In this document: piece after piece, positions 9,571 through 19,642 of the stretch
Position numbering within the stretch: the stretch's first letter is position 1
How the letters are laid out: each line of letters starts with the position of its first letter
Assembly (NCBI GenBank): GCA_965204725.1
Contig: OZ242005.1
Span: 3,648,001-3,712,000, forward strand
Source: Candidatus Latescibacterota bacterium
GTDB lineage: Bacteria > Latescibacterota > UBA2968 > UBA8231
Direction of reading: 5' to 3'
Length of the DNA: 64,000 bases
Program-made: the position numbers and the translations under genes
The notes under the pieces: model-generated
Seen by the model: the letters and a program-made list of their open reading frames with translations, nothing else
Told to the model about the DNA's origin: nothing
Database searches by the model: none

Positions 9571-10641
9571 TTGAAGTACTGCCGCTTGCTCAGTTTCGCC
9601 CTCGCGCTTTTGAACGCCCCGGCCCTCGCCCTCGCCCAAGAGTCCGAAGCTCTCGACTACTTCCGCGAGGGCTACGACTTAGTCAAGAAGGGCAACTACC
9701 GCAACGCCGTTATCGAGCTAGAAAAGGCCGTGGCGGCCGATTCCTCCTACGGGAACGCCCACTACGTCCTCGGTATTTCCTACAAGGCCCTCAACGAGTA
9801 CGACAAAGCCATCGGTAGCTTTACCCAGGCCCACGCCCTCGGCACCAAGCCGGAGCAGGCCGCTAAGGCCCTGGGCCAACTCTACCAAAAGGCCGCCCTC
9901 AACAGCTTTCGCCAAAAGAAATACCGCGAGTCCATCGACTATTTTACCAGCGCCCGCGACTTCAGCTCGCAAAGTGCTCAAGCCCTCTACGTCATGGGCC
10001 TTGCCTACAGTGGCCTGCGCGAGCAAGACAAGGCCAAAGTGGCCTTTGCCGAGGCCATAGCGGCCGATCCCACCGACGCTAGGCCCTACAATGCCCTCGG
10101 CGACATCCAGCGCCTCAGCCGCGACTACGGCAAATCCATCGTCACCTACCAGCGCTCCATAGAGGCCGATCCCGCGTACATGGAATCCTATGGCGACTTG
10201 GCGCGGGTGAAGTTCGATACGCAAGACACAGAGGGCGTCGTGCCGCTTTTGCAAAAGGCCCTAGCTATCGACGGCAGCTACGTCGAAGGGCACCGCTTGC
10301 TCGGCATTGCGCTCAACCAACTCGGCCGTTTCCACGAGGCCATTGCCCCGCTGAACAGGGCCGCCGACTTAGACGCCTCTTATTGCGAGACGTATTACCG
10401 GCTGAGCGAGGCGCACTACGGCATGGGCAACTTCCGCCAAGCCATTGATAAGGGCCGGCGCGCCACGAGTTGTCAAGCCGACTACCGAGCCGCCGAAGCG
10501 CTCTTGGGCGACGCGCATTTTCAACTCGGCCAGCGCGAGGAAGCGCGGCACTGGTACAACCTAGCGGTGAAAGACAGCCGCTTCAAAGACTACGCGGCGA
10601 GCAAACTCGCAGAGATCGACGAGCAGTTCCAACAGCCGTAA
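9571..10641 (+). CDS. Exported tetratricopeptide-repeat protein
   Basis: Signal peptide, tandem TPR motifs. Confidence 0.88.
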   Translation: MKYCRLLSFALALLNAPALALAQESEALDYFREGYDLVKKGNYRNAVIELEKAVAADSSYGNAHYVLGISYKALNEYDKAIGSFTQAHALGTKPEQAAKALGQLYQKAALNSFRQKKYRESIDYFTSARDFSSQSAQALYVMGLAYSGLREQDKAKVAFAEAIAADPTDARPYNALGDIQRLSRDYGKSIVTYQRSIEADPAYMESYGDLARVKFDTQDTEGVVPLLQKALAIDGSYVEGHRLLGIALNQLGRFHEAIAPLNRAADLDASYCETYYRLSEAHYGMGNFRQAIDKGRRATSCQADYRAAEALLGDAHFQLGQREEARHWYNLAVKDSRFKDYAASKLAEIDEQFQQP

Positions 10642-11249
10642 TGGCGCTGCTTCTGGCCTCGAACAACGCCGGCAAGCTCTGCGAAGTCCGCGCCCTGTTT
10701 GCCGATGTCGAGGTCGTCGCCCCGGCCGAACTCGGCTTGCACCTCTGCGTTGAGGAAAGCGGCCAGACCTTTGCGGCCAACGCCCAGCTCAAAGCCCGCG
10801 CTTATGCAGCGGCCAGCGGCCAGATCGCCCTCGCCGACGACTCCGGGCTTGAGGTCGATGCCCTCGGCGGCGCCCCGGGCATCTATTCGGCCCGCTACGG
10901 CGGCCCCCACCTCGACGACGCCGGTCGCTATCAGCACTTACTGGCCCAACTCGAACCCTATCCCGATCCAGCGCAACGCCGCGCCCGATTTCGCTGCGTC
11001 CTCTGCGCCGCAAGCCCCGACGGCCGCCAATGCCAAGCCGAAGGCACGTGTGAAGGGCTAATCGCCCCGGTCCCAGCCGGGACGAATGGCTTTGGCTACG
11101 ATCCGGTCTTTTTGGTTCCCGCCTACGCCAAAACCATGGCCGAGCTCGACCTGAAAACCAAAAACCAACTCAGTCACCGCGCCCAAGCGTTGGCGGCCGT
11201 GCGCCCGCTCCTCGCCCGCACCTTTCCCGAGCTCGCCCGTTCCCGTTGA
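10641..11249 (+). CDS. rdgB: dITP/XTP pyrophosphatase (Ham1 family)
   Basis: ASNNAGK, ADDSGL, GFGYDPVF, SHR motifs; ATG overlaps upstream stop. Confidence 0.95.
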   Translation: MALLLASNNAGKLCEVRALFADVEVVAPAELGLHLCVEESGQTFAANAQLKARAYAAASGQIALADDSGLEVDALGGAPGIYSARYGGPHLDDAGRYQHLLAQLEPYPDPAQRRARFRCVLCAASPDGRQCQAEGTCEGLIAPVPAGTNGFGYDPVFLVPAYAKTMAELDLKTKNQLSHRAQALAAVRPLLARTFPELARSR

Positions 11250-12985
11250 TGTTTGGCCCGTTTTCCCAATACGTCCGTCCCTATCGGGGCCGCATCCTGC
11301 TCGGCGCACTCTGCATCGGGCTAGGGCAGGCGGCGACCGCACGCATCCCGCTGCTGGTGGGCGATGCCGTCGATGCGGTCACGGCGACGGATACTGCCGC
11401 CGCGGCCATAGAGACCTACGTTTTCTATATCCTCGCCTACGCCTTGGGCGTGGCGCTGTGCGGGTACGCCATGCGGATGCTGTTGGGCCGCGCCGCCAAC
11501 CGCATTGAATACGATATCCGCACCGCGTATTTTGCCCACCTACTCAAGCTGCCGCTCTCGTATTACCAGCAGCGCCGCACCGGCGACCTCATGGCGCGGG
11601 CGACCAACGATCTCCATTCGGTGCATATTTTTTGGGTCTATGGCATTCGCGGCATCGTCGATACCGCCTTGGGGCTGGCCTTCACCCTCGCCTGTATGTG
11701 CCTGCTCGACTGGGAACTGGCCCTGCTGGTGCTGGTCCCCCTGCCGCTTTTTAGCGTCGTGATGATCCGCATCGCCGCGGTCATCAACATCCGCTACAAG
11801 GCCATCCAAGAGTACTTCGGGCGGATCAGCACCTTTATCCAAGAAAATCTCTCTGGCATCCGCGTGGTCCGAGCCTATACCCAAGAGCCAGCGCAAAACG
11901 CCGCCTTCGACCGGCTCAACTGGGCGTACCTCGAAAAAAATCGTGCGTACATCCGCACGCGGGCCAACTACCGGCCGCTTTCTTACGTCATCGCCTCGCT
12001 CTGCCTCGGGCTGAACTTGTGGCTGGGCGGGCGCGCGGCCATCAACGGCGAACTCAGCTTGGGGACGTTTGTGGCCTTCAACGCTTACCTAACCCTGCTC
12101 ATTCGCCCGATCATGTACACGGGCTGGGTCATCGACCGCGCCCAGCATGCCCTCGTGTCCATGCAGCGCATCAACGAGGTCCTCGCCATTGAGCCTGAGA
12201 TCCAAGACCGCGCCCTGCCTCCGGCCAATCCGCGCCCAATCGCCGGGCACATCGCCTTCCGCAAGCTCAATTTCTCTTACGGCAAGGAGCAAGTCCTACA
12301 CCAGATTGATCTCGATATTCCCCGCGGTACGACCCTCGGCATCATCGGGCGCGTCGGCTCGGGCAAAACGACCTTAGCACGCCTCGTGCCGCGCCTGATC
12401 CAAGCGGGGCCGAGACAGGTATTCATCGACGGGGTGCCGATTGAGGAATGGCCGCTGGCGACTTTGCGCGACGCCATCGGCTACGTCGCGCAAAACCCTT
12501 TTTTATTTTCCAATACCCTCAATGCCAACATTGCCTACGGCGCGGATGCGGCCGCCGCGGCCCAAATCCGCGCAGCGGCCGCAGCGGCCCAGCTCAAAAA
12601 GGACATCGACCAATTCGACGAGGGCTTCGCCACCCTCATCGGCGAGCGCGGCGTCACCCTATCGGGGGGACAGAAGCAGCGCACGACGCTGGCCCGGGCG
12701 CTCATTCGCCGCCCGCAGATCCTCATCCTCGACGACGCGCTCTCTGCGGTGGACACCCATACTGAGGAAGCGATCCTCAACCACTTGCACACGCTCATGC
12801 AGGGCCGCACCACCCTCATCATTGCCCACCGCATCTCGACCTTGCGCCACGCCGATCACATCGCAGTGCTCGCAGACGGCCGCATCGCCGAGCAAGGCAC
12901 TCACGACGAGCTGGTTAGCCGCGGCGGCTTCTACGCCGACTTGCACCAGCAGCAGCAGCTTAGCGCCGAACTGGAAACGCTGTGA
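11249..12985 (+). CDS. ABC exporter, fused TMD-NBD subunit 1
   Basis: GRVGSGKT, LSGGQKQR, ILDDALSAVD (degenerate catalytic site). Confidence 0.93.
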   Translation: MFGPFSQYVRPYRGRILLGALCIGLGQAATARIPLLVGDAVDAVTATDTAAAAIETYVFYILAYALGVALCGYAMRMLLGRAANRIEYDIRTAYFAHLLKLPLSYYQQRRTGDLMARATNDLHSVHIFWVYGIRGIVDTALGLAFTLACMCLLDWELALLVLVPLPLFSVVMIRIAAVINIRYKAIQEYFGRISTFIQENLSGIRVVRAYTQEPAQNAAFDRLNWAYLEKNRAYIRTRANYRPLSYVIASLCLGLNLWLGGRAAINGELSLGTFVAFNAYLTLLIRPIMYTGWVIDRAQHALVSMQRINEVLAIEPEIQDRALPPANPRPIAGHIAFRKLNFSYGKEQVLHQIDLDIPRGTTLGIIGRVGSGKTTLARLVPRLIQAGPRQVFIDGVPIEEWPLATLRDAIGYVAQNPFLFSNTLNANIAYGADAAAAAQIRAAAAAAQLKKDIDQFDEGFATLIGERGVTLSGGQKQRTTLARALIRRPQILILDDALSAVDTHTEEAILNHLHTLMQGRTTLIIAHRISTLRHADHIAVLADGRIAEQGTHDELVSRGGFYADLHQQQQLSAELETL

Positions 12986-14763
12986 GCACCGAACTCAACA
13001 AAGAAGAAGAAATCCAAGAACGCGCCTTTAATCTAAGGCTGACGCTGCAACTTTTGGGGTATCTCAAGCCCCACCGCCGGCGCGTGGTTCTCGCCTTTGG
13101 CACCATCGCCCTCGCGGCCGGCACCGGCCAAGTCGGCCCCTATCTGACGCAGGTCGCTGTAGATGACTACATCGCGGTCGGCGACTGGGCGGGTCTGAAG
13201 TGGATCATCGCGGCCTTTTTTCTAAGCGTCGCCGTGCAGTACGGTGCTCAATACGCCCAGACCTTGGTCACCGGCATGATCGGCCAGCGCGTCATGTACG
13301 ACCTGCGCCGCGATCTCTTCGCCCACTTGCAAAAACTGCCGCTGCGCTACTTCGACCGCACCCCGCTGGGCCGGATTATGACCCGCACGACCAACGACAT
13401 CGACGCCCTCAACGAATTTTTCAGCGAGGGGGTCGTCGCGGTCTTTATGGACTTTTTCACCCTGCTGGCCATCGTCGGCTTTATGGCCTATATCGACTTT
13501 GAGCTGGCCCTGATCTGCTGCACCGTAGTCCCGGTCATCGCCGTCTCGACCTTCTACCTCCAAGGGCTTGCCATGCGCGCCTATCGCGAGTTGCGGACGC
13601 GCTTGGCGCGGCTCAATGCCTATTTACAGGAGAACATCACGGGGGTTGAGGTGGTGCAGCTCTTCAATCGCCAGCAACGCAATTTGCGGGACTTTGACGC
13701 CGAGCACCTGCCCTATCGCCGCGCCGAAGACCGCGAAATCCACTGCTATGCTGTCTTCTTTCCCTTTACCGAACTGCTCGGCACCGTCGGCATGGCGCTC
13801 GTGCTGTGGTACGGGGCCTCGGGCGTGATCGACGGCCGCATCGAGTTGGGGGTACTAGTCGCCTTTCTCCAGTACATCCGCCGCTTCTTCCGCCCGATCA
13901 TGGACATATCCGACCGCTATGCCTTGTTGCAGAGCGCCATGGCTGCGTCCGAGCGCGTCTTCGAGCTATTGGCGGTCCCCGGCGAACCCACTGGCGGACC
14001 GCCGCGCAATCTGCCGGTGGCAAGCCGCGGCGCGATTGAATTCCGCAATGTGTTCTTTAAGTACGATCCAGCGGCTGAAGACTGGATTCTCAAGGATGTC
14101 TCGTTTGAACTCAAGGCCGGGCAGAGCCTAGCGCTGGTCGGGGCCACCGGCTCGGGCAAGACGACCATCGTCAGTCTCCTCTGCCGCTTCTACGACATCC
14201 AGCGCGGGGCCATCCTCGTCGATGGCTGCGACGTGCGCCAGTGGCCAGCGGCCGAGTTGCGCCGCCGCATCAGCATCGTCCAGCAGGAGGTTTTCTTGTT
14301 TTCGGGAAATATCAGCGGCAACATCCGCCTTGGCGAGGACGCCATTGACGACGCCCAAGTCGAGCGGGCGGCCCGCTACGTCAACGCCGCGCCCTTTATC
14401 GAACGCCTCCCCCAAGGCTATGCCCACGCCGTGGCCGAAGGCGGCTCGACCTTGTCGGCCGGGCAGCGCCAGTTATTGGCTTTTGCCCGTGCCCTTGCCT
14501 TCGACCCGGAAATCCTCGTCCTCGACGAGGCGACCTCTAGCATCGACACCGCCACCGAACAGCTCATCCAAGACGCCATCGCCAAGCTGATGCACGAGCG
14601 CACTTCCATCGTCATCGCCCACCGCCTCTCTACCATCCGCAGTGCCGACCAGATCTTGGTCATGCACCGCGGCGAGGTGCGCGAGCGGGGCCGCCACGAC
14701 GAGCTGTTGCGCCAAGACGGGATCTATGCGCGGCTCCACCGCCTCAACTACGGCCGGTCTTAG
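12982..14763 (+). CDS. ABC exporter, fused TMD-NBD subunit 2 (heterodimer partner)
   Basis: GATGSGKT, LSAGQRQL, VLDEATSSID. Confidence 0.93.
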   Translation: MSTELNKEEEIQERAFNLRLTLQLLGYLKPHRRRVVLAFGTIALAAGTGQVGPYLTQVAVDDYIAVGDWAGLKWIIAAFFLSVAVQYGAQYAQTLVTGMIGQRVMYDLRRDLFAHLQKLPLRYFDRTPLGRIMTRTTNDIDALNEFFSEGVVAVFMDFFTLLAIVGFMAYIDFELALICCTVVPVIAVSTFYLQGLAMRAYRELRTRLARLNAYLQENITGVEVVQLFNRQQRNLRDFDAEHLPYRRAEDREIHCYAVFFPFTELLGTVGMALVLWYGASGVIDGRIELGVLVAFLQYIRRFFRPIMDISDRYALLQSAMAASERVFELLAVPGEPTGGPPRNLPVASRGAIEFRNVFFKYDPAAEDWILKDVSFELKAGQSLALVGATGSGKTTIVSLLCRFYDIQRGAILVDGCDVRQWPAAELRRRISIVQQEVFLFSGNISGNIRLGEDAIDDAQVERAARYVNAAPFIERLPQGYAHAVAEGGSTLSAGQRQLLAFARALAFDPEILVLDEATSSIDTATEQLIQDAIAKLMHERTSIVIAHRLSTIRSADQILVMHRGEVRERGRHDELLRQDGIYARLHRLNYGRS

Positions 14764-14996
14764 GCTTGGGCCTCTTCCTCTTGCGGGGCCTTGCCGTCTC
14801 TCTCCACGGCCTTCAAAACCTGATCGCGCGTCTCCTCGGCTTGGCGCATGATCAGACGCCGGGTGTCCTCGCCCTTATGAGGGGCTAGCAAGACGCCCAC
14901 GGCCGCGCCGACCACGACGCCGGCCACAAAACCGGCCAAGAGGCTCGTCGCGCCGTTGGTTGAATGCTGCCTGGGGTAAATTTTTTCGTAGAACAT
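14760..14996 (-). CDS. YtxH-domain protein
   Basis: GVVVGAAVGVLLAPHKGEDTR YtxH motif. Confidence 0.85.
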   Translation of the reverse strand: MFYEKIYPRQHSTNGATSLLAGFVAGVVVGAAVGVLLAPHKGEDTRRLIMRQAEETRDQVLKAVERDGKAPQEEEAQA

Positions 14997-15122
14997 ACAA
15001 AGCTCCTTTGGCTATGGGTGTGGTATGCTTACTGTCTAAGAAAACCAGTGTATTGAATAAAACCAATGCAATTTTTATAATCTAATCTTCCTTCTTCTCC
15101 CGACAACGCTGAGAGGACTTCT

Positions 15123-16604
15123 ATGGCCCAAGTCCTGAGCACCCCTTCGCACAGCCTCAAAGAATTTCGCATCCTGCCTGGGTACACGCCAACAGACGGC
15201 AACGCTCCCAACGCATCGCTCAAAACCCGGCTCTGCCGCAAGGGGGGCGACTTTCTCTATCTGCACGTGCCCTTCCTCAGTGCCGCCATGCAGGCCGTGA
15301 CCGGCGGCGACATGGCCATTGCCTTGGCCCAGCTAGGCGGCATCGGCATCCTGCCCGTCAGCCAGTCCATCGACGAGCAGTGCGCCAAAATCAGCCAAGT
15401 CAAGCGCTTCAAGGCCGGTTTTCAGACCGATATTGTCACCTTGGCTCCAACCCAACCCATTGCCGAGGTCGTTGAGATCATCCAGCACACCGGCTATACC
15501 ACCTTCCCAGTCACCGCCAGCGGCCAGTTTCACGACCAACTCCTCGGCATCCTCACCGACAAGGACTTCGACGAGCGCCGCCACCTCGACTGCCAAGTCG
15601 CCTCCCGCATGAAAACCGACGTGCAGGCCGGCCGCGAAATAAGCGACCTCAAGGCCGCCAACGAGCTGATGATCCGCTATGGCCGCGGCTTTCTGCCCAT
15701 TCTGTCCAAGGGGGGCGTCCTGCAAGCGGTGGTTTTCAAAAAGGATCTCGACAAGCACCTGCGGCATCCCAACGAATCAATCGACGAAAAAAAGCGCCTG
15801 ATCGTCGGCGCGGCCGTCTCCACCCACCCGGAGGACCGCGACCGGGCCGAAGCCCTCATCGCGCAAGAAGCGGACGTGCTCGTCATCGACGCCTCCGACG
15901 GCCACACCGACTACCAGCGGCAGATGATCCAATTCCTCAAGGAGCGCACCGACGCCCCAGTCATCGGCGGCAATGTCGTCACGGCCGAGGGGTTTCGCTT
16001 TTTGGCCGCAGCCGGTGCCGACGCCATCAAAGTCGGCATGGGAATCGGCTCGGGCTGCATCACTCAGGAAGTCAAGGCCACCGGCCGCGGCCAAGGCACG
16101 GCCTTGATGGAAATCAGCGCGGCGCGCAACCAGTGGCAGCACGACTGCAACGCCTACCTGCCCATCATCGCAGACGGCGGCATTTCAGGCCCGGCCGAGA
16201 TCGCCGTGGCCATGGCCTTGGGCGCCAACGCCGTGATGATGGGGCACTTCTTCGCCGGCTACACCGAAAGCCAAGGCAACCTCGTGCGCACGGCGGCCGG
16301 CGACATCGTCAAGGAGTACTGGATGGAAGGTTCGCTGCGCGCCCACAACATGCGGCGCTATGCCCAGACGCAAGAGAATTTCTTTGAGGAGGGCATCTCC
16401 GGCTACGTGCCCCACATTGGCTCGCTGCACGACAAATTGCCAATCCGCATCCAGATGCTGCGCGCCACCCTCGCCACGGCCGGGTGCCGCACCATCGACG
16501 AGTTGCACGAAAAGGCCGTGCTCGAAATGCAGTCGCCCACCGCGCTCATGGACAGCCAAATCCACGACATCGTCCCCACCCAAACCGACCAGCAAATCCT
16601 CTAA
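15123..16604 (+). CDS. guaB: IMP dehydrogenase with CBS pair
   Basis: SAAMQAV, KVGMGIGSGCITQE catalytic loop, IADGGI, KEYWMEGS. Confidence 0.88.
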   Translation: MAQVLSTPSHSLKEFRILPGYTPTDGNAPNASLKTRLCRKGGDFLYLHVPFLSAAMQAVTGGDMAIALAQLGGIGILPVSQSIDEQCAKISQVKRFKAGFQTDIVTLAPTQPIAEVVEIIQHTGYTTFPVTASGQFHDQLLGILTDKDFDERRHLDCQVASRMKTDVQAGREISDLKAANELMIRYGRGFLPILSKGGVLQAVVFKKDLDKHLRHPNESIDEKKRLIVGAAVSTHPEDRDRAEALIAQEADVLVIDASDGHTDYQRQMIQFLKERTDAPVIGGNVVTAEGFRFLAAAGADAIKVGMGIGSGCITQEVKATGRGQGTALMEISAARNQWQHDCNAYLPIIADGGISGPAEIAVAMALGANAVMMGHFFAGYTESQGNLVRTAAGDIVKEYWMEGSLRAHNMRRYAQTQENFFEEGISGYVPHIGSLHDKLPIRIQMLRATLATAGCRTIDELHEKAVLEMQSPTALMDSQIHDIVPTQTDQQIL

Positions 16605-16608
16605 CGCC

Positions 16609-17298
16609 ATGCACGTACTCATTACCAACGCCGCCACTTCGCTCGGCCAAGCCCTAGCCGCCGGCCTTGGCGACGCCTACCAACTGCGCTTGACCGACCC
16701 AGAGCGCGGGGTCGGGATCCAGAGCGATCTAGGGCACGGCCCCGCGACCGATGCGCTCGTCCAAGACATCGACGCCATCGTCCATCTCGGCTACGCGCCG
16801 CGTACCGGCGATGGCCAGACCACTTGGCTAGACCGCAATACGCGCGGCACGTACAATCTTCTCTTGGCTGCGGCCTCCGCTGGGGTCGAACACGTCATCC
16901 TCTTGAGCACCCTCGACCTGTTCGCCCCGTACGAAGCAGACCTCACCGTTGACGAGAATTGGAAGCCGCTGCCTTCCTGTGCGCCGGCCGTTTTAGGCTC
17001 CCACCTAGCCGAGTTTACGGCCCGCGAATTTGCCCACAGCCACGCGCTCCACATCACCGTGGCCCGCCTTGGGCACCTAGTCCGCTCTGAGGAGGTCGCT
17101 GGCCAGCCCTACGACCCGCTGTGGCTCGACGAGCGCGACGCGGCCCAAGCCATAGCCCAGCTCGTGCAAAAGGGGGCCTCCGGTCCGTATCGCGTCATCC
17201 ACCTTCAGTCCGCCGCGGCCCGGGCCCGCTTTTCCGTCGAGCACGCCAAGAATCTCCTAGCCTTCGCTCCCCAATACAACTTTGAGGCCAACCCATGA
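16609..17298 (+). CDS. NAD-dependent epimerase/dehydratase family protein
   Basis: Rossmann-like N-terminus, NTRGTYNLL; uronate dehydrogenase-like, glycine motif degenerate. Confidence 0.75.
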   Translation: MHVLITNAATSLGQALAAGLGDAYQLRLTDPERGVGIQSDLGHGPATDALVQDIDAIVHLGYAPRTGDGQTTWLDRNTRGTYNLLLAAASAGVEHVILLSTLDLFAPYEADLTVDENWKPLPSCAPAVLGSHLAEFTAREFAHSHALHITVARLGHLVRSEEVAGQPYDPLWLDERDAAQAIAQLVQKGASGPYRVIHLQSAAARARFSVEHAKNLLAFAPQYNFEANP

Positions 17299-18029
17299 AA
17301 GTTCTGCTCCTAGGCGGCAATGGCTTTCTCGGTCCGCACGTGGTCAAGCAGCTCCAAGACGCCTACGAGCTCCGCATCACCGACATCGTGCCCATCGACA
17401 GCCCGCACGAGACCATGCAAGTGGATGTCTCCGACCTCGACCAAGTGCGCCGCGCCACCGAGGGCACCGACGTAACCATCAACTGCTCGGTGCTGCGCCC
17501 CGACCGCAAGCTGGCCTTTGACGTCAACGCGACCGGCACGTACAACGGCATCCGCGCCGCGGTTGAAAACGGCCACACCCGCTTCATCAACACCGGGCCC
17601 CACTTCACCCAAGTCGGGCCGTCGTACGAGCACTACGACTTTGACATCAACGAGGAAGTCCCCCTGCATTCCGGGATCAACCTCTACGCCCACAGCAAGT
17701 CGGTCGGCCAAGAAATCTGCCGCGTCTTTGCCGCCAACCATCCCATCCACGTACTCACCACCCTCTTTTTGAGCTTTCGCGAGGCCGAGCCGCCCGCCGA
17801 GCAACTCGGCAGCGGCACCAACCCCTTTTCCGTTACCTTTCCCGACGCGGCCCGCGCCCTGCACAAGTGCCTAGCGGTGGATTTGGCGTCCCTGCCCTCG
17901 CGCTGCGAGATATTCCACATTACCACGGACACGCCCCACGGCCGATACAGCAACGCCAAGGCCCGACGCCTGCTAGGATGGACCCCGCAGGACCGGCTAG
18001 CGGGCTACTGGCGCAAGCCGACCTCCTAG
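17295..18029 (+). CDS. NAD-dependent epimerase/dehydratase family protein
   Basis: GGNGFLG, YAHSK (YxxxK). Confidence 0.88.
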   Translation: MKVLLLGGNGFLGPHVVKQLQDAYELRITDIVPIDSPHETMQVDVSDLDQVRRATEGTDVTINCSVLRPDRKLAFDVNATGTYNGIRAAVENGHTRFINTGPHFTQVGPSYEHYDFDINEEVPLHSGINLYAHSKSVGQEICRVFAANHPIHVLTTLFLSFREAEPPAEQLGSGTNPFSVTFPDAARALHKCLAVDLASLPSRCEIFHITTDTPHGRYSNAKARRLLGWTPQDRLAGYWRKPTS

Positions 18030-18084
18030 TGCTTTCTCGCTCAGGGGCCGACCTCAACAGCTAGCGCCGAGTGGGCATAAACCG

Positions 18085-18873
18085 ATGAGCATCCGAGAGC
18101 GCGTCTATCACTTTATCGAGCCGAGGTATGAGCAAGGGCGCATCGTCGATGTGGCCATTATCCTCTTGATCTTGCTCAACATCGTCGCCCTAATCCTCGA
18201 AACCGTCGAGCCTATCTACAACCTCAACCGGTTCGCCTTTGAGCTTTTTGAGGATTGCTCACTGGCCGTGTTCACAATCGAATACGTGGTACGGCTGTGG
18301 GCCATTACCGCCGATCCGCGGTTTGCGCGCCCGGTGGCCGGGCGCATTCGCTTTGCCCTAACGCCCCTAGCCATCATCGACCTGCTGGCCATTCTCCCTT
18401 TATTTTTCCCGCCCCCGAGCGTAGATGCACGCTTTATCCGCGTGGTGCGCGTCCTGCGGATCTTCCGCGTCCTCAAGCTGGTGCGCTACTTCCGCGCCCT
18501 GCGCCTGCTCGGCCAAGTCATCGCCGATCGCAAGGAAGAGCTCGTCAGCATCTTCTTGGTGCTGCTGATCCTTTTGTCCATCTCTTCGTCGCTGATGTAC
18601 TTTGTCGAGCACGAAGATCAGCCCGAAGTCTTTACCAGCATCCCGGCCACCATGTGGTGGAGCATCGTCACCTTGACGACGGTCGGCTACGGCGACACCT
18701 ATCCGATCACCGCCCTCGGCCAGACCATCGCCGCCATCATCGCCATCTTGGGGATCGGCATGTTCGCGCTGCCGGCCGGCATTCTCGGCGCGGGATTTGT
18801 CGAGGCCCTAGCGGCGAACCGCTCAGACGACCCCGCTCGCCATTGCCCGCACTGCGGCAAGCCACTCTCATAA
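18085..18873 (+). CDS. Voltage-gated K+ channel-type ion transporter
   Basis: S4 RVVRVLRIFRVLKL and TVGYGD selectivity filter. Confidence 0.93.
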   Translation: MSIRERVYHFIEPRYEQGRIVDVAIILLILLNIVALILETVEPIYNLNRFAFELFEDCSLAVFTIEYVVRLWAITADPRFARPVAGRIRFALTPLAIIDLLAILPLFFPPPSVDARFIRVVRVLRIFRVLKLVRYFRALRLLGQVIADRKEELVSIFLVLLILLSISSSLMYFVEHEDQPEVFTSIPATMWWSIVTLTTVGYGDTYPITALGQTIAAIIAILGIGMFALPAGILGAGFVEALAANRSDDPARHCPHCGKPLS

Positions 18874-18902
18874 AAAAACGGCCGAGGCAAAAGCCCCAGC
18901 CG
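18871..18902 (-). terminator. Probable intrinsic terminator
   Basis: GC hairpin CGGCCGAGGC-AAAA-GCCCCAGCCG adjoining an A7 run (U-tract on minus strand). Confidence 0.5.
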
Positions 18903-18934
18903 CTTCCATATATGCCGCAGTGCAAACTGTGCTG

Positions 18935-19228
18935 TCATACGAAAGGGCCTTCCGCGAACTCTGGCGTTTCTAATTCGACAATCACGCCTAAGGCGTTGCA
19001 CACCTTGAGAAACGTCGAAACATTGCAATTGGCTCCATGCTCCAACTTGGATAGCTGCTGCTGCGTAATTTTTGCTTTTTTCGCGACCTCCTGCTGGGAC
19101 AAACCAAGATGCTGCCGGACCTGAAGGATTTGCAGGGAAAGCTGAGCCAACTGCTTTTCTTCTGCAAACAACCTGCGAAAGCGGTCGTGCCGCAGCTTGC
19201 CTTCAAGGTGCCCTTTAAGCGTCTTCAT
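18935..19228 (-). CDS. XRE-family HTH protein (HigA-like antitoxin)
   Basis: GGGAGG RBS before ATG 19228; LSQQEVAKKAKITQQQLSKLE HTH. Confidence 0.85.
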   Translation of the reverse strand: MKTLKGHLEGKLRHDRFRRLFAEEKQLAQLSLQILQVRQHLGLSQQEVAKKAKITQQQLSKLEHGANCNVSTFLKVCNALGVIVELETPEFAEGPFV

Positions 19229-19360
19229 GGTAAGCCTCCCTAATCGAGTTGTCATCATATTCTTGGCTTGCTCCCGTTCCTTGCGACCATTTATGAATCC
19301 TTGGATGGGACATTCGCCCTCGGCTGTTTCGTAGTAGATAATCTTCCATTGTGAAGGCAT
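19215..19360 (-). pseudogene. Internally deleted RelE/HigB (Gp49-like) toxin
   Basis: WKIIYYETAEGECPIQGFI N-terminus then abrupt junction to a short C-terminal piece in another frame overlapping the antitoxin start. Confidence 0.65.
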
Positions 19361-19444
19361 ACGTTAATAATCTGTGACCCATGACATGTCGAACCATCTC
19401 CTCTTCTTTCTCGCCTAAAACGACCGGTCCAAAATACGTTTCGG

Positions 19445-19642
19445 TCAAAAGAACGCTATTTTGACCAGCAACGCCACAACGACAGCGCAACCGAACTTGA
19501 TCTGCGCCAAATCGCGCTCGATTTTATCGAAGTGCTCGTTACAGCTAGCTTCCAACTTGTTAAAGCTGGCTTTCATCACATCCAGATCCTCTTTGGTCAC
19601 CAGCCGCTCGGCGAGGGGAGATTGTTTGGTCAACGGAATCAA
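19445..19642 (-). pseudogene. 5'-truncated DUF1640/CCDC90-like coiled-coil gene
   Basis: LVTKEDL motif, short coiled coil, TM tail; no normal N-terminus. Confidence 0.55.

Noticed and set aside
14997-15122. Purine riboswitch upstream of guaB
   Set aside because: AT-rich divergent promoter region without the purine aptamer consensus
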